From: an uncultured Chloroflexia bacterium
Lineage (GTDB): Bacteria; Chloroflexota; Limnocylindria; Limnocylindrales; CSP1-4
Length of the DNA: 64,000 bases
Assembly: GCA_963707215.1 (NCBI GenBank)
Contig: CAVPPB010000001.1
Coordinates: forward strand, 480,001 to 544,000
Direction of reading: 5' to 3'
This document shows positions 10,205-19,091 of the stretch, in pieces. Under the pieces are notes generated by a model, which was not told the origin of the DNA, did not search any database, and saw only the letters and a program-made list of their open reading frames with translations. Within the stretch, counting starts at the first letter, position 1. Each line of letters opens with the position of its first letter. The translations under genes and the position numbers were made by a program.

Positions 10205-11213
10205 ATGGAATTCGGATTCACCCTCAAACCCGAGCACTCGCTCGAGCGCACACTCGCCCTGACCCGGCAGGCGGAGGCGGCCGGCTTCAGCCACGGCTGG
10301 CTGTTCGATTCGCACGTCCTCTGGCGCGACCCGTACCCGCTCCTGACGCTCATGGCCCAGGCGACGACGACGCTGCGGCTGGGGACCTGCGTCACCAACC
10401 CGGCAAGCCGCGAACCGTCCGTCACCGCCTCCACCCTGGCCGTGCTCTCGGAGCTGTCACGGTGGCCGTGTCGACCTGGGCATCGGGCGCGGGGACTCGG
10501 CCCGTCGGGTGCTCGGCAAGCCTCCGACCACGATCAAGGATCTCGAAGAGGCGGTCCACGTCATCCGGGCGCTCGTCGAGGGTCGGCCGATCGAGTTCGA
10601 GGGAACGATGCTCCAGTTCCCCTGGACGGCCGGCTGGCCGCTGCCGGTCTGGATCGCGGGCTACGGCCCGGTCGCGCTCCGCCTGACGGGACGGATCGCC
10701 GACGGGGCGATGCTCCAGATCGGCGACCCGGACCTCATCCGCTGGTTCGTCGGCCAGGTCCGCGGATCGGCGCGGGAAGCGGGTCGCGACCCAGCCTCGG
10801 TCCGGGTCATGGCGGCGGCCCCGGCCCACGTCGGCGACCTTGCCGCGGCCCGCGATCGCACCCGCTGGTTCCCGGCCCTCGTCGGCAACCACGTCGTCGA
10901 CCTCGTCAACCGCTACGAGGGCGAGCTGCCCGAGGCCCTCACCCACTATGTCCGCGGACGCGAGGGCTACGACTACCTCCATCATGCCGAGGTCGGCAGC
11001 GACAATGCGGAGTTCGTGACGGACGACATCGTCGACCGTTTCGCGATCGTCGGCGACGTCGACGCCCACGTCGCCAAGCTGCTCGAGCTGCGGGCGGCCG
11101 GGGTCGACCAGTTCAACCTCTACCTCATGAACGGAGATGAGGAGGCCCAGCTCGAGTACTACGCTAGCGAGATCATCCCTCGCTACCGAGCAGCCGCCGC
11201 CAGCGACGCCTGA
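10205..11213 (+). CDS. LLM-class F420-dependent oxidoreductase (TIGR03842-like), one frameshift near 10460
   Basis: GWLFDSHVLWRDP, LGTCVTNP, GIGRGDS, WIAGYGP, RWFPALVGNHVVD, YDYLHH, GVDQFNLYLM; GGAGG SD. Confidence 0.85.
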
Positions 11214-11345
11214 CCAGAGCCCTCCTCGAGCTCGCAGCGATGCGCGCGGAGGCCGATCCGCGCGGGCACGATAGCCCTTCCGTCAGGCTCGACGACGGGA
11301 CCCTTCATCGGCCAACATCGCCTTGAACCGATCGAAGGAGGATGC

Positions 11346-11537
11346 ATGGCACGGCTGTCGTTGCGTCGGGCCGACCCCTGGTGGGACGTCGAGGGTCGGG
11401 CCGTGCGCCGGGACCGCACCCATCGCCGGGTCGTGGGCGGGATCGCGTTCGCTCTGGCCATCGGAGCCTGCGGCCTCACGGCGGCGACCTGGGCCCGGCA
11501 GCTCGAGCCCCTCGTCGCGCGGCTCCTGGCCGGCTGA
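11346..11537 (+). CDS. small single-TM hypothetical protein (63 aa)
   Basis: Strong GAAGGAGG SD; basic N-terminus, then hydrophobic VVGGIAFALAIGACGLTAA. Confidence 0.6.
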   Translation: MARLSLRRADPWWDVEGRAVRRDRTHRRVVGGIAFALAIGACGLTAATWARQLEPLVARLLAG

Positions 11538-11618
11538 CAGACCCGCTCGCCCTGCGCATCAGCCACGCCGGGCGCGTCGCCGGGACCCCTATCCTCTGGG
11601 CCACACCCGGAGGCAGGC

Positions 11619-13106
11619 GTGAGCACCCCAGACCAGCCGCCCAGCATCCACGACCCGAACGCTCCCACGTTCCGCGTCCTGTCCGAGGAACAGCGCCGGC
11701 GCATCCACGACGCAGCCCTGGCCGTGCTCGAGGACCCGGGCGTCCGGATCACCACGAACGCGGCTCGTGACATCCTCCTGGGCGCCGGGGCGACGACCGG
11801 CCCGGCCGACACGGTGCGGATCCCGTCCCGCCTCGTCGCCGAGGCCCTGGCGGTCGCTCCGAGGGCCTTTGCCCTGTATGACCGCGATGGCCGGGAGCGG
11901 CTCCGGCTGGGTGAGGGTCGGGCCTACTTCGGGACGGGCGTCACGGCCCTCGCCTACGAGGACCCGGCGACCGGAGCCGTCGCCGACTTCACGCTCGACG
12001 ACGTCGCGGCGCTCGCTCGCCTGACGGACGCCCTGCCGAACCTCGACTTCATCGCCACGCCGGGGGTCGTCCGGGCCGGCCCGGACCTGCCCCAGGCGAT
12101 CGTCAACCAGCGCGAGTTCCTGGCGATGCTCACCGGGACGACCAAGCCGATCATGCCGCTCATCGAGGACGCGACCGCCCTCGCGGACATCGTCGAGATG
12201 GCGGCGATCGTCGCCGGTGGGCGCGAAGCCCTCCGCGAGCGTCCCTTCGTGGTGCCGTACCTGAACTCGGTCACCCCACTCGTCTTCAACGCGGAGACCC
12301 TCGACAAGCTCATCCTCTCCGTCGACCATGGGCTGCCGGTCGTCTGCCAGGCGGCCCCGACGCTCGGCGCGACCGGACCCGTGACCCCGGCCGGGACCGC
12401 CGTCCTGTGCGCCGCCGAGACCCTGGCTGGCCTGGTCCTGGCCCAGGCACGCCGACCCGGCGCCCCGTACATCACCGGCTCGATGCCGATGGCGATGGAC
12501 ATGCGGACCGGCGACGTGACCGGCGGCGGCGCCCCGGGTCTCCTGGTCTACCTCGCCGGGGTCGAGATGGCCCGCCACTGGGGCCTCCCGCAGGTCGGGT
12601 CCGGGGGTTCCGCCGATTCGAAGATCGCCGACGAGCAGGGAGCCCGAGAGGCGGGTATCGCGATCGTCCAGGACGTGCTCGAAGGAGTCGACCTCTCCTT
12701 CGACGTCGGCTCGCTGGAGATGGGCCTGGCGACCTCGGCCATCCAGGTCGTCATGGCCGACGAGGCGATCGAGGTCGGCCGGGGCCTGCTCCGCGGCATC
12801 CGGACGGACGACGAGGCGCTCGCCGTCGACGTCATCCGCGAGGTCGGCATCGGCGGGCACTTCCTGGCGACCCGTCACACGGCCGACCACCAGCGGGAGC
12901 TCTGGATGCCGACGCTGACGAGCTGGGAGTCCCGGCGGGCCTGGGAGGCCGACGGGTCCCGCTCGATGCGGGAACGGGCCCGCGAGCGAGCGATCGAGCT
13001 GATCGGGACCCACCGGCCGCCGGAGCTGCCGGATCCAGTGCGCGCGGCCCTCGACGAGGTCGTGGAGCGTCGTCGGGCCGTGGCGACCAGAGCAGCCAGC
13101 GCCTGA
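11619..13106 (+). CDS. trimethylamine methyltransferase (MttB/MtgB) superfamily protein, non-pyrrolysine
   Basis: LSEEQ..IHDAALAVLE..GV, NSVTPL, GATGPVT.AG, MDMRTG, GLP...ADSK.ADEQ, LAVDVIREVG.GGHFL..RHT; GGAGG SD, GTG start; no in-frame TAG. Confidence 0.85.
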   Translation: MSTPDQPPSIHDPNAPTFRVLSEEQRRRIHDAALAVLEDPGVRITTNAARDILLGAGATTGPADTVRIPSRLVAEALAVAPRAFALYDRDGRERLRLGEGRAYFGTGVTALAYEDPATGAVADFTLDDVAALARLTDALPNLDFIATPGVVRAGPDLPQAIVNQREFLAMLTGTTKPIMPLIEDATALADIVEMAAIVAGGREALRERPFVVPYLNSVTPLVFNAETLDKLILSVDHGLPVVCQAAPTLGATGPVTPAGTAVLCAAETLAGLVLAQARRPGAPYITGSMPMAMDMRTGDVTGGGAPGLLVYLAGVEMARHWGLPQVGSGGSADSKIADEQGAREAGIAIVQDVLEGVDLSFDVGSLEMGLATSAIQVVMADEAIEVGRGLLRGIRTDDEALAVDVIREVGIGGHFLATRHTADHQRELWMPTLTSWESRRAWEADGSRSMRERARERAIELIGTHRPPELPDPVRAALDEVVERRRAVATRAASA

Positions 13107-13225
13107 GGCTCGATCGACCGACGGCGAGGCCCCGGCGGGTCGCGCGCCGCCATGCCCGAGGCGTATCCTCGTGGCACTCGCGACCCTTGTAGCGGCCCCC
13201 GGCCGCGGCGCCCAGGAGGATCGGC

Positions 13226-14641
13226 ATGCGAACGCTCATCAAGAACGGGACGGTCGTCACGGCTGAGGGTTCATACGACGCCGACGTGCTCGTCGAGGAC
13301 GAGCGGATCGCCGCGATCCTGCGGCGATCCTCGGGAGCGGTCGAGACCGCCCTGGCGGGGCTCGTCGTCGACCAGACGATCGACGCGACCGACAAGTACG
13401 TGATCCCCGGCGGCATCGACGCCCACACCCACATGGAGCTTCCGTTCGGCGGGACCTTCGCCAAGGACACCTTCGAGACCGGGACGCGCGCCGCCGCCTT
13501 CGGCGGGACGACGAGCATCGTCGACTTCGCGGTGCAGCCCAAGGGCGGATCGCTCCGCGAGGGCCTCGACACCTGGATGGCCAAGGCCGAGGGCAACGCC
13601 GTCCTGGACTACGGCTTCCACATGATCATGAGCGACGTCCGTGACGACTCGCTGGCCGAGATGGACCAGCTGGTCGCCGAGGGTATCCCGGACTTCAAGC
13701 TGTTCACTGCCTACCCGGGCGTCTTCCTCAGCGACGACGGGGCGATCTTCCGGGCGATGCAGCAGACCGCCGGCAACGGCGGCCTGATCATGATGCACGC
13801 CGAGAACGGCCCGACCATCGACATCATCGCCAACCAGACGGCCGAGGGCGGCACGACGGACCCCATCGGCCATGGCCTGGCTCGCTACTCGATCCTCGAG
13901 GGCGAGGCCACCAACCGGGTGATCCGCCTGGCCGAGGCGGCGAACGTACCCGTGTACATCGTCCACCTCTCGTCGCGGGACGCCCTCGAGGCGGTCAAGG
14001 GAGCCCGTGACCGGGGCGCCAAGGCCTTCGCCGAGACGTGCCCCCAGTACCTCTTCCTGTCGCTCGACGACATGGGCAACGGCTTCGAGGGCGCCAAGTT
14101 CGTGTGCTCGCCGCCGCTCCGCCCGAAGGACCACCAGGAGGACCTCTGGACCGGGCTCATCAAGGACGACCTCCAGCTCGTCGGGACCGATCACTGCCCG
14201 TTCGACTTCCACGGTCAGAAGGAGCTCGGTCGGGGCGACTTCAGGAAGATCCCGAACGGCCTGCCGGGCGTCGAGGAGCGGGTCGATCTCATCCACGACG
14301 GCGGCGTGGTCGGTGGCAGGATCAGCCGTGAGCGGTGGGTCGAGGTCGTCTCGACGGCGCCGGCCCGGGTCTTCGGGATGTACCCGCAGAAGGGCGCGAT
14401 CGCGGTCGGCTCGGACGCCGACATCGTCGTCTACGACCCGAACCGACGCCACGTCCTCAGCGCGGCGACCCATCACATGGACGTCGATTACTCCTGCTAC
14501 GAGGGGCGCGAGGTCCAGGGCGGCTCGGACGTGGTGATGAGTCGGGGCACCGTGGTCGTCCGCGACGGCGAGTGGGTCGGACCGGCCGGCCACGGCCGGT
14601 TCATCAAGCGGGCACCCGCCGATTTCGTGCGGGTCTCCTGA
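13226..14641 (+). CDS. hydA: dihydropyrimidinase / D-hydantoinase
   Basis: PGGIDAHTH, AAAFGGTT, DFKLF (carbamylated Lys), MHAENG, VHLS, ETCPQYL, CSPPLR, GTDHCPF, IPNGLPG; AGGAGG SD. Confidence 0.93.
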   Translation: MRTLIKNGTVVTAEGSYDADVLVEDERIAAILRRSSGAVETALAGLVVDQTIDATDKYVIPGGIDAHTHMELPFGGTFAKDTFETGTRAAAFGGTTSIVDFAVQPKGGSLREGLDTWMAKAEGNAVLDYGFHMIMSDVRDDSLAEMDQLVAEGIPDFKLFTAYPGVFLSDDGAIFRAMQQTAGNGGLIMMHAENGPTIDIIANQTAEGGTTDPIGHGLARYSILEGEATNRVIRLAEAANVPVYIVHLSSRDALEAVKGARDRGAKAFAETCPQYLFLSLDDMGNGFEGAKFVCSPPLRPKDHQEDLWTGLIKDDLQLVGTDHCPFDFHGQKELGRGDFRKIPNGLPGVEERVDLIHDGGVVGGRISRERWVEVVSTAPARVFGMYPQKGAIAVGSDADIVVYDPNRRHVLSAATHHMDVDYSCYEGREVQGGSDVVMSRGTVVVRDGEWVGPAGHGRFIKRAPADFVRVS

Positions 14642-14663
14642 TCGACGGGGCCCGGACGCCGCC

Positions 14664-15627
14664 TTGACCGGCACCGCGTCGACGTCCTCGGGCGAGCGTG
14701 GCCCCAGCCTGCCCGGGCCGGGCGAGGTCGTCGTCCTCGACGGGGGATTGGCGACGGAGCTGGAGGCCCGCGGTCACGACCTCTCGGACCGCCTCTGGTC
14801 GGCCCGACTGCTCCGTGACGACCCCGCCGCGATCGAGGCCGTCCACGCCGGCTACTTCGGGGCGGGGGCCCGGGTCGCCACCACCGCCAGCTACCAGGCG
14901 ACGGTCGAGGGGTTCGCCGCCGTCGGGATCGCCCGCGACGAGGCGCTGGACCTGATCCGCCGGAGCGTCGATCTGGCCCGCAGGGCCCGTGACCGGGCCG
15001 TCGCCCGAGCGGTAGCCGCCGGAGACACCCGCCCCAGGCTCGTGGCCGGCTCCGTCGGGCCCGTACGGGGCGATGCTCGCCGACGGCTCCGAGTACACCG
15101 GTGCCTACGACCTGACCGAGGCCGAGCTGGTGGCCTTCCACCGGCCCCGCGTGGAGGCCCTCGTCGAGGCCGGCGCCGATCTCCTCGCCTTCGAGACGAT
15201 CCCGAGCGCAACGGAGGGCGCTGCCCTGGTCCGGCTCCTCGACGAGCTGCCCGGCGCCCGGGCCTGGCTGTCGTTCCAATGCCGCGACGGGGAGCGCACG
15301 GCCAGGGGCGAGCCGATCGAGGAGGCCGTGGCCGTGACCGCGGACCAGCCCCGGATCGTGGCCGTCGGCGTGAACTGCACGGCGCCAGGGGACATGCCGA
15401 CGCTGCTGGCGGCGGCTCGCCGGGCGACCACGCTCCCTCTCGTCGCCTATCCCAACGCCGGACGCGGCTGGGACGCCGAGAGCCGGACCTGGCTCGCCCC
15501 CGACGGCGTCCCCTTCGACCCGGCGACGGCGGCGGGCTGGCGCGAGCTCGGCGCGACCTGGCTTGGCGGCTGCTGCGGCGTCGGGCCGTCCGGGATCGCG
15601 GCCCTGGCGAGCCGGCTGGCGGCCTGA
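14664..15627 (+). CDS. mmuM: homocysteine S-methyltransferase (MmuM-like), one frameshift near 15068
   Basis: VLDGGLATELE, LWSA, TASYQ, AGSVGP, DGSEYTG, DLLAFETIP, GVNC, YPNAG, Zn-binding GGCCG. Confidence 0.85.
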
Positions 15628-15658
15628 CCGAGAGCGTCGATGGACCCGGTCGGGTCAC

Positions 15659-16750
15659 TCAGGCCCCGCCGCCTCCGAGGACGACCGGCAGCCGTCGAGC
15701 CCCCCAGGTACCGGGCTCGGCCTCGAAGACGCCGGCGATCCGGGTCCCGCACCTGCCGCAGCGGCCCTCGGCGTCCAGGCCCCAGTGCCCGAGGTCGTAC
15801 CAATCGCGCTCGATGAGCAACGCGTCGCAGGTCGGGCATCGCGTGCTCTGGCCATCGCGATCGTGGGTATTGCCGGTGTAGGCATAGAGGATGCCGTTGG
15901 CCCGGGCGATCTCGCGGGCACGCCGCAGGGTCGACGGTTGCGTCGGCGGCGTGTCGAGCATCCGGAAGTCGGGATGGAACGCGGTGAAATGGACCGGCAC
16001 GTCGGGCCCCAGCTCGTCGACGATCCAGCGCGTCATCGCGTCGGTCTCGGCCTCGTCGTCGTTCCAGCCGGGGATGACCAGGTTCGTGATCTCGACCCAG
16101 ACATCGGTCTCCCGGCAGAGGTAGCGGAGGGTATCCCTGACCGGCCCGAGATGGCCTGCGGTGAGATCGGCGTAGAAGCGCTCGCTGAAGCCCTTGAGGT
16201 CGACGTTGGCAGCGTCGATGTGCTGGTACAGCTCGGCTCGCGGCTCGGGGTCGATGTAGCCGGCCGTGACCGCCACGGCCTTGAGCCCTCGTTCGCGGCA
16301 GGCATCGGCCACGTCGATCGCGTACTCCATGAAGACGACCGGGTCGTTGTAGGTGAAGGCGACGCTCCGGCAGCCGAGCCGGACCGCCGTCTCGGCGATC
16401 AGCTCCGGGGAGGCCGCGTCGGCGAGGGTATCCAGCTGGCGGCTCTTGCTGATGTCCCAGTTCTGGCAGTAGCGGCAGGCCAGGTTGCAGCCGGCCGTGC
16501 CGAAGGAGAGGACCGACGTACCCGGCAGGAAGTGGTCGAGTGGCTTCTTCTCGATCGGGTCGACGCAGAAGCCCGACGAGCGGCCGTAGGTCGTCAGAAC
16601 GATCGCATCGCCGAAGCGGGCCCGGACGAAGCACATGCCCCGCTGACCCTCGCCGAGGCGGCAGTGCCTGGGACAGACGTCGCATTGGACGCGACCGTCG
16701 TCGAGGCGATGCCAGTGGCGGGTGGGGTGGGTCGTCCCGAGCTCCATCAT
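15659..16750 (-). CDS. amrS: AmmeMemoRadiSam system radical SAM enzyme
   Basis: N-terminal CDVCPRHC..GMC, DPIEKKPL, SFGTAGCNLACRYCQNWDISK (CxxxCxxC), AFTYNDP, NVDLK, HFTAFHP. Confidence 0.88.
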   Translation of the reverse strand: MMELGTTHPTRHWHRLDDGRVQCDVCPRHCRLGEGQRGMCFVRARFGDAIVLTTYGRSSGFCVDPIEKKPLDHFLPGTSVLSFGTAGCNLACRYCQNWDISKSRQLDTLADAASPELIAETAVRLGCRSVAFTYNDPVVFMEYAIDVADACRERGLKAVAVTAGYIDPEPRAELYQHIDAANVDLKGFSERFYADLTAGHLGPVRDTLRYLCRETDVWVEITNLVIPGWNDDEAETDAMTRWIVDELGPDVPVHFTAFHPDFRMLDTPPTQPSTLRRAREIARANGILYAYTGNTHDRDGQSTRCPTCDALLIERDWYDLGHWGLDAEGRCGRCGTRIAGVFEAEPGTWGARRLPVVLGGGGA

Positions 16751-16837
16751 CGGTGGCCTTCCGGGTCCATCATGCTCCTGTCCGGCCCGCCGGTCATCGG
16801 CCGAGCGGACCCGATCCGCAGCCCGGAGGCAGCTTCG

Positions 16838-17146
16838 ATGCACGTCACCCTGGTGTCCGTCCACGTCAAGCCCGAGCACCTCGACGAGTACCTCGACGAG
16901 CTGCGGGCGAACCACGAGGCGTCGGTCCGCGAGCCCGGCAACCTCCGCTTCGACGTCCTGCGCTCGCCCGAGGACCCGACCAGGTTCCTGCTTTACGAGG
17001 CCTACATGGACGCCGACTCGGCCGCGGCCCACAAGGAGACGGCTCACTACCTCCGCTTCCGGGACACGGTCGCCGACTGGCAGGTCGAGCCGCGGACCGG
17101 CGTCCGCTGGGACGGGCTCTACCCGGAGGTCGGGGCCGGATCGTGA
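16838..17146 (+). CDS. antibiotic biosynthesis monooxygenase (ABM) family protein, LsrG-like
   Basis: VHVKP, NHEASVREPGNLRFDVL, FLLYEAY, AHKETAHY; GGAGG SD. Confidence 0.85.
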   Translation: MHVTLVSVHVKPEHLDEYLDELRANHEASVREPGNLRFDVLRSPEDPTRFLLYEAYMDADSAAAHKETAHYLRFRDTVADWQVEPRTGVRWDGLYPEVGAGS

Positions 17147-18375
17147 CGCGGGATCCGGCCGTGCAGGCACACTGGTCGTTCATCCTCGCCCGGGTCCCCC
17201 GGATCGACTTCGGCCCCGGCCGGATCGAGACGCTGCCGGAGACGATCGCCGGCCACGGTCGGCGAGCCCTGCTCGTCACCGGCGTTCGCTCGTTCCGCAC
17301 GTCGGAGCGCTGGCCGTGGCTGCTCGGAGCCCTCGACGAGCGTGGCATCGGCGTCGAGACGGCGACGATCGGGGGCGAGCCGTCGCCAGCGATGATCGAC
17401 CGGGCGGTCGCCGACCTGCGCGACGAGGGCATCGAGGTCGTCGTCGGCATCGGCGGGGGCAGCGTCCTCGACGGGGCGAAGGCGATCGCCGGTCTCCTGC
17501 GGACCGGCACGTCCGCCGGAGACCATCTCGAGGGGGTCGGGCCCGGGCTCCCCTACCCGGGCCCGGCGGTCCCGTTCATCGCCGTTCCGACGACCGCGGG
17601 AACGGGCAGCGAGGCGACGAAGAATGCCGTCCTGAGCGAGGTCGGGCCGGACGGCTTCAAGCGCTCGTTCCGCGACGATCGGCTCGTGGCGGTCCAGGCG
17701 ATCGTCGACCCGGATCTGCTCCTCGGCTCGCCGCCGTCCGTCGTGTCGGCCAACGGGATGGACGCCCTGACCCAGCTTCTCGAGTCGTATGTCTCGAGGC
17801 GCCGCGATCCGGTCACCGACGCCCTCGCCCGCCGCGGCCTGGAGGCCGCCCGGGACGGGCTGGTGCCATGGTTCCGGGCCGCAGCGTCGGGAGCTCCGGT
17901 CGAGGCGAGCCTCGGGGCACGGGCAGCCATGTCACTGGCCGCCCTGCTGTCCGGCATCTGCCTGGCCAACACCGGGCTCGGCGTCGTCCATGGCCTGGCC
18001 GCGGCGCTGGGCGGGACCTTCCCGATCCCTCACGGCGCGGCTTGCGGCGCGACGCTCGTGGCCGGCACCGCGACGAACATCCGGGCGCTCGAGGAGCGAG
18101 TGCCGGGCGATCAGGCGCTCGACCGTTACGCGGCCGCCGGGCGGCTCCTGGCAGGCCTGCCCGAGAGGACCGACGACGCCGACGCCCGGGCGGCCCTGCT
18201 CGCCACCCTCGACGGCTGGCGGCAGGCACTCGAGGTCCCCGGGCTGGGGACCTGGGGCGTCGGCGAAGCGGACGTCGATCGGCTGGTGGCTGCGTCGCGG
18301 GGCAGCTCCATGCGGACGAACCCGCTCGAGCTCACCGACGCCGAGGTCGCCGCGGTCGTCCGGACCAGCCTGTAG
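17143..18375 (+). CDS. iron-containing alcohol dehydrogenase
   Basis: GGGSVLDGAK, VPTTAGTGSEATKNAV, GMDALTQLLE, GLGVVHG, PHG; GTGA overlap with the ABM gene. Confidence 0.88.
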   Translation: MTRDPAVQAHWSFILARVPRIDFGPGRIETLPETIAGHGRRALLVTGVRSFRTSERWPWLLGALDERGIGVETATIGGEPSPAMIDRAVADLRDEGIEVVVGIGGGSVLDGAKAIAGLLRTGTSAGDHLEGVGPGLPYPGPAVPFIAVPTTAGTGSEATKNAVLSEVGPDGFKRSFRDDRLVAVQAIVDPDLLLGSPPSVVSANGMDALTQLLESYVSRRRDPVTDALARRGLEAARDGLVPWFRAAASGAPVEASLGARAAMSLAALLSGICLANTGLGVVHGLAAALGGTFPIPHGAACGATLVAGTATNIRALEERVPGDQALDRYAAAGRLLAGLPERTDDADARAALLATLDGWRQALEVPGLGTWGVGEADVDRLVAASRGSSMRTNPLELTDAEVAAVVRTSL

Positions 18376-18397
18376 GGTCGCGGCCGGCCCGACCACG

Positions 18398-18820
18398 CTA
18401 GACGCCCTCGATCGGCTCCCAGAGTTCGATCTTGTTGCCCTCGGGGTCGACGACCCAGCCGAACCGACCGAACTCCATCTCCTCGATCCCGTCGACGACG
18501 GCGCAGCCGTCCCGGCGCAGCTGTTCGAGCATCGCGTCGAGATCGGCGACCCGGAAGTTGACCATGTACGGGGCCTCGGATGGCGCGAAGTAGGTCGTGT
18601 CGGCCGGGAACGGGGCGACCACGGTCGAGCCGGGCGAGCCGTCGGTCTGCTGCCAGGGCACGACGATCACGCCGGTCCGATCGAGTGGCAGGCCCAGGCG
18701 TTCGACGTACCAGGCCTGCAGCGCCGCCGGGTCGGCGGCCTTCCAGAAGACCCCGCCGATACCGGTCACCCGCTGGCGGGTCACCCCGGATGGATCGGTC
18801 GCCGCGGGTCGGTCAGCCAT
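18398..18820 (-). CDS. VOC / glyoxalase family protein
   Basis: RVTGIGGVF, WY..LG, MVNFRVADLD, FGRFGWVVDPEGNKIELWEP. Confidence 0.88.
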   Translation of the reverse strand: MADRPAATDPSGVTRQRVTGIGGVFWKAADPAALQAWYVERLGLPLDRTGVIVVPWQQTDGSPGSTVVAPFPADTTYFAPSEAPYMVNFRVADLDAMLEQLRRDGCAVVDGIEEMEFGRFGWVVDPEGNKIELWEPIEGV

Positions 18821-19037
18821 GGCCGGCGGGTCCGGGTCCGGACGGGTGCTCGACGAACTTGACCATGCGACGCCTCATCGGTACCGACCCTGCCGCGCGG
18901 CCACGACTCGAAGGCGACCGTTGTCTCGCCACCGCGGGACCGGCCCACTCGAGCCACGGACTGCGTGCCCTGAGGACGCAACGATAGCGACTCGGCCACC
19001 GGGAGGCCATCGGTCCGATCTGGATCGCCCGGCAAGC

Positions 19038-19071
19038 CGAAGGCCCGCTCGGTGGACCGGGCGGGCCTTCG
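19038..19071 (-). terminator. hairpin terminator after the S8 peptidase
   Basis: CGAAGGCCCGCTCGGT / ACCGGGCGGGCCTTCG inverted repeat about 20 nt past the stop codon. Confidence 0.55.
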
Positions 19072-19091
19072 AGTGACTGCGACCGGGTTCG

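Noticed and set aside
11619-13106. Pyrrolysine or selenocysteine recoding
   Set aside because: MttB is full length with no in-frame TAG; I saw no in-frame TGA splitting a recognisable gene and no pyl/sel genes.
18813-19010. 65-aa ORF / possible leader peptide (MRRRMVKFVE..) overlapping the VOC start
   Set aside because: No SD, no recognisable motif, atypical codon usage.
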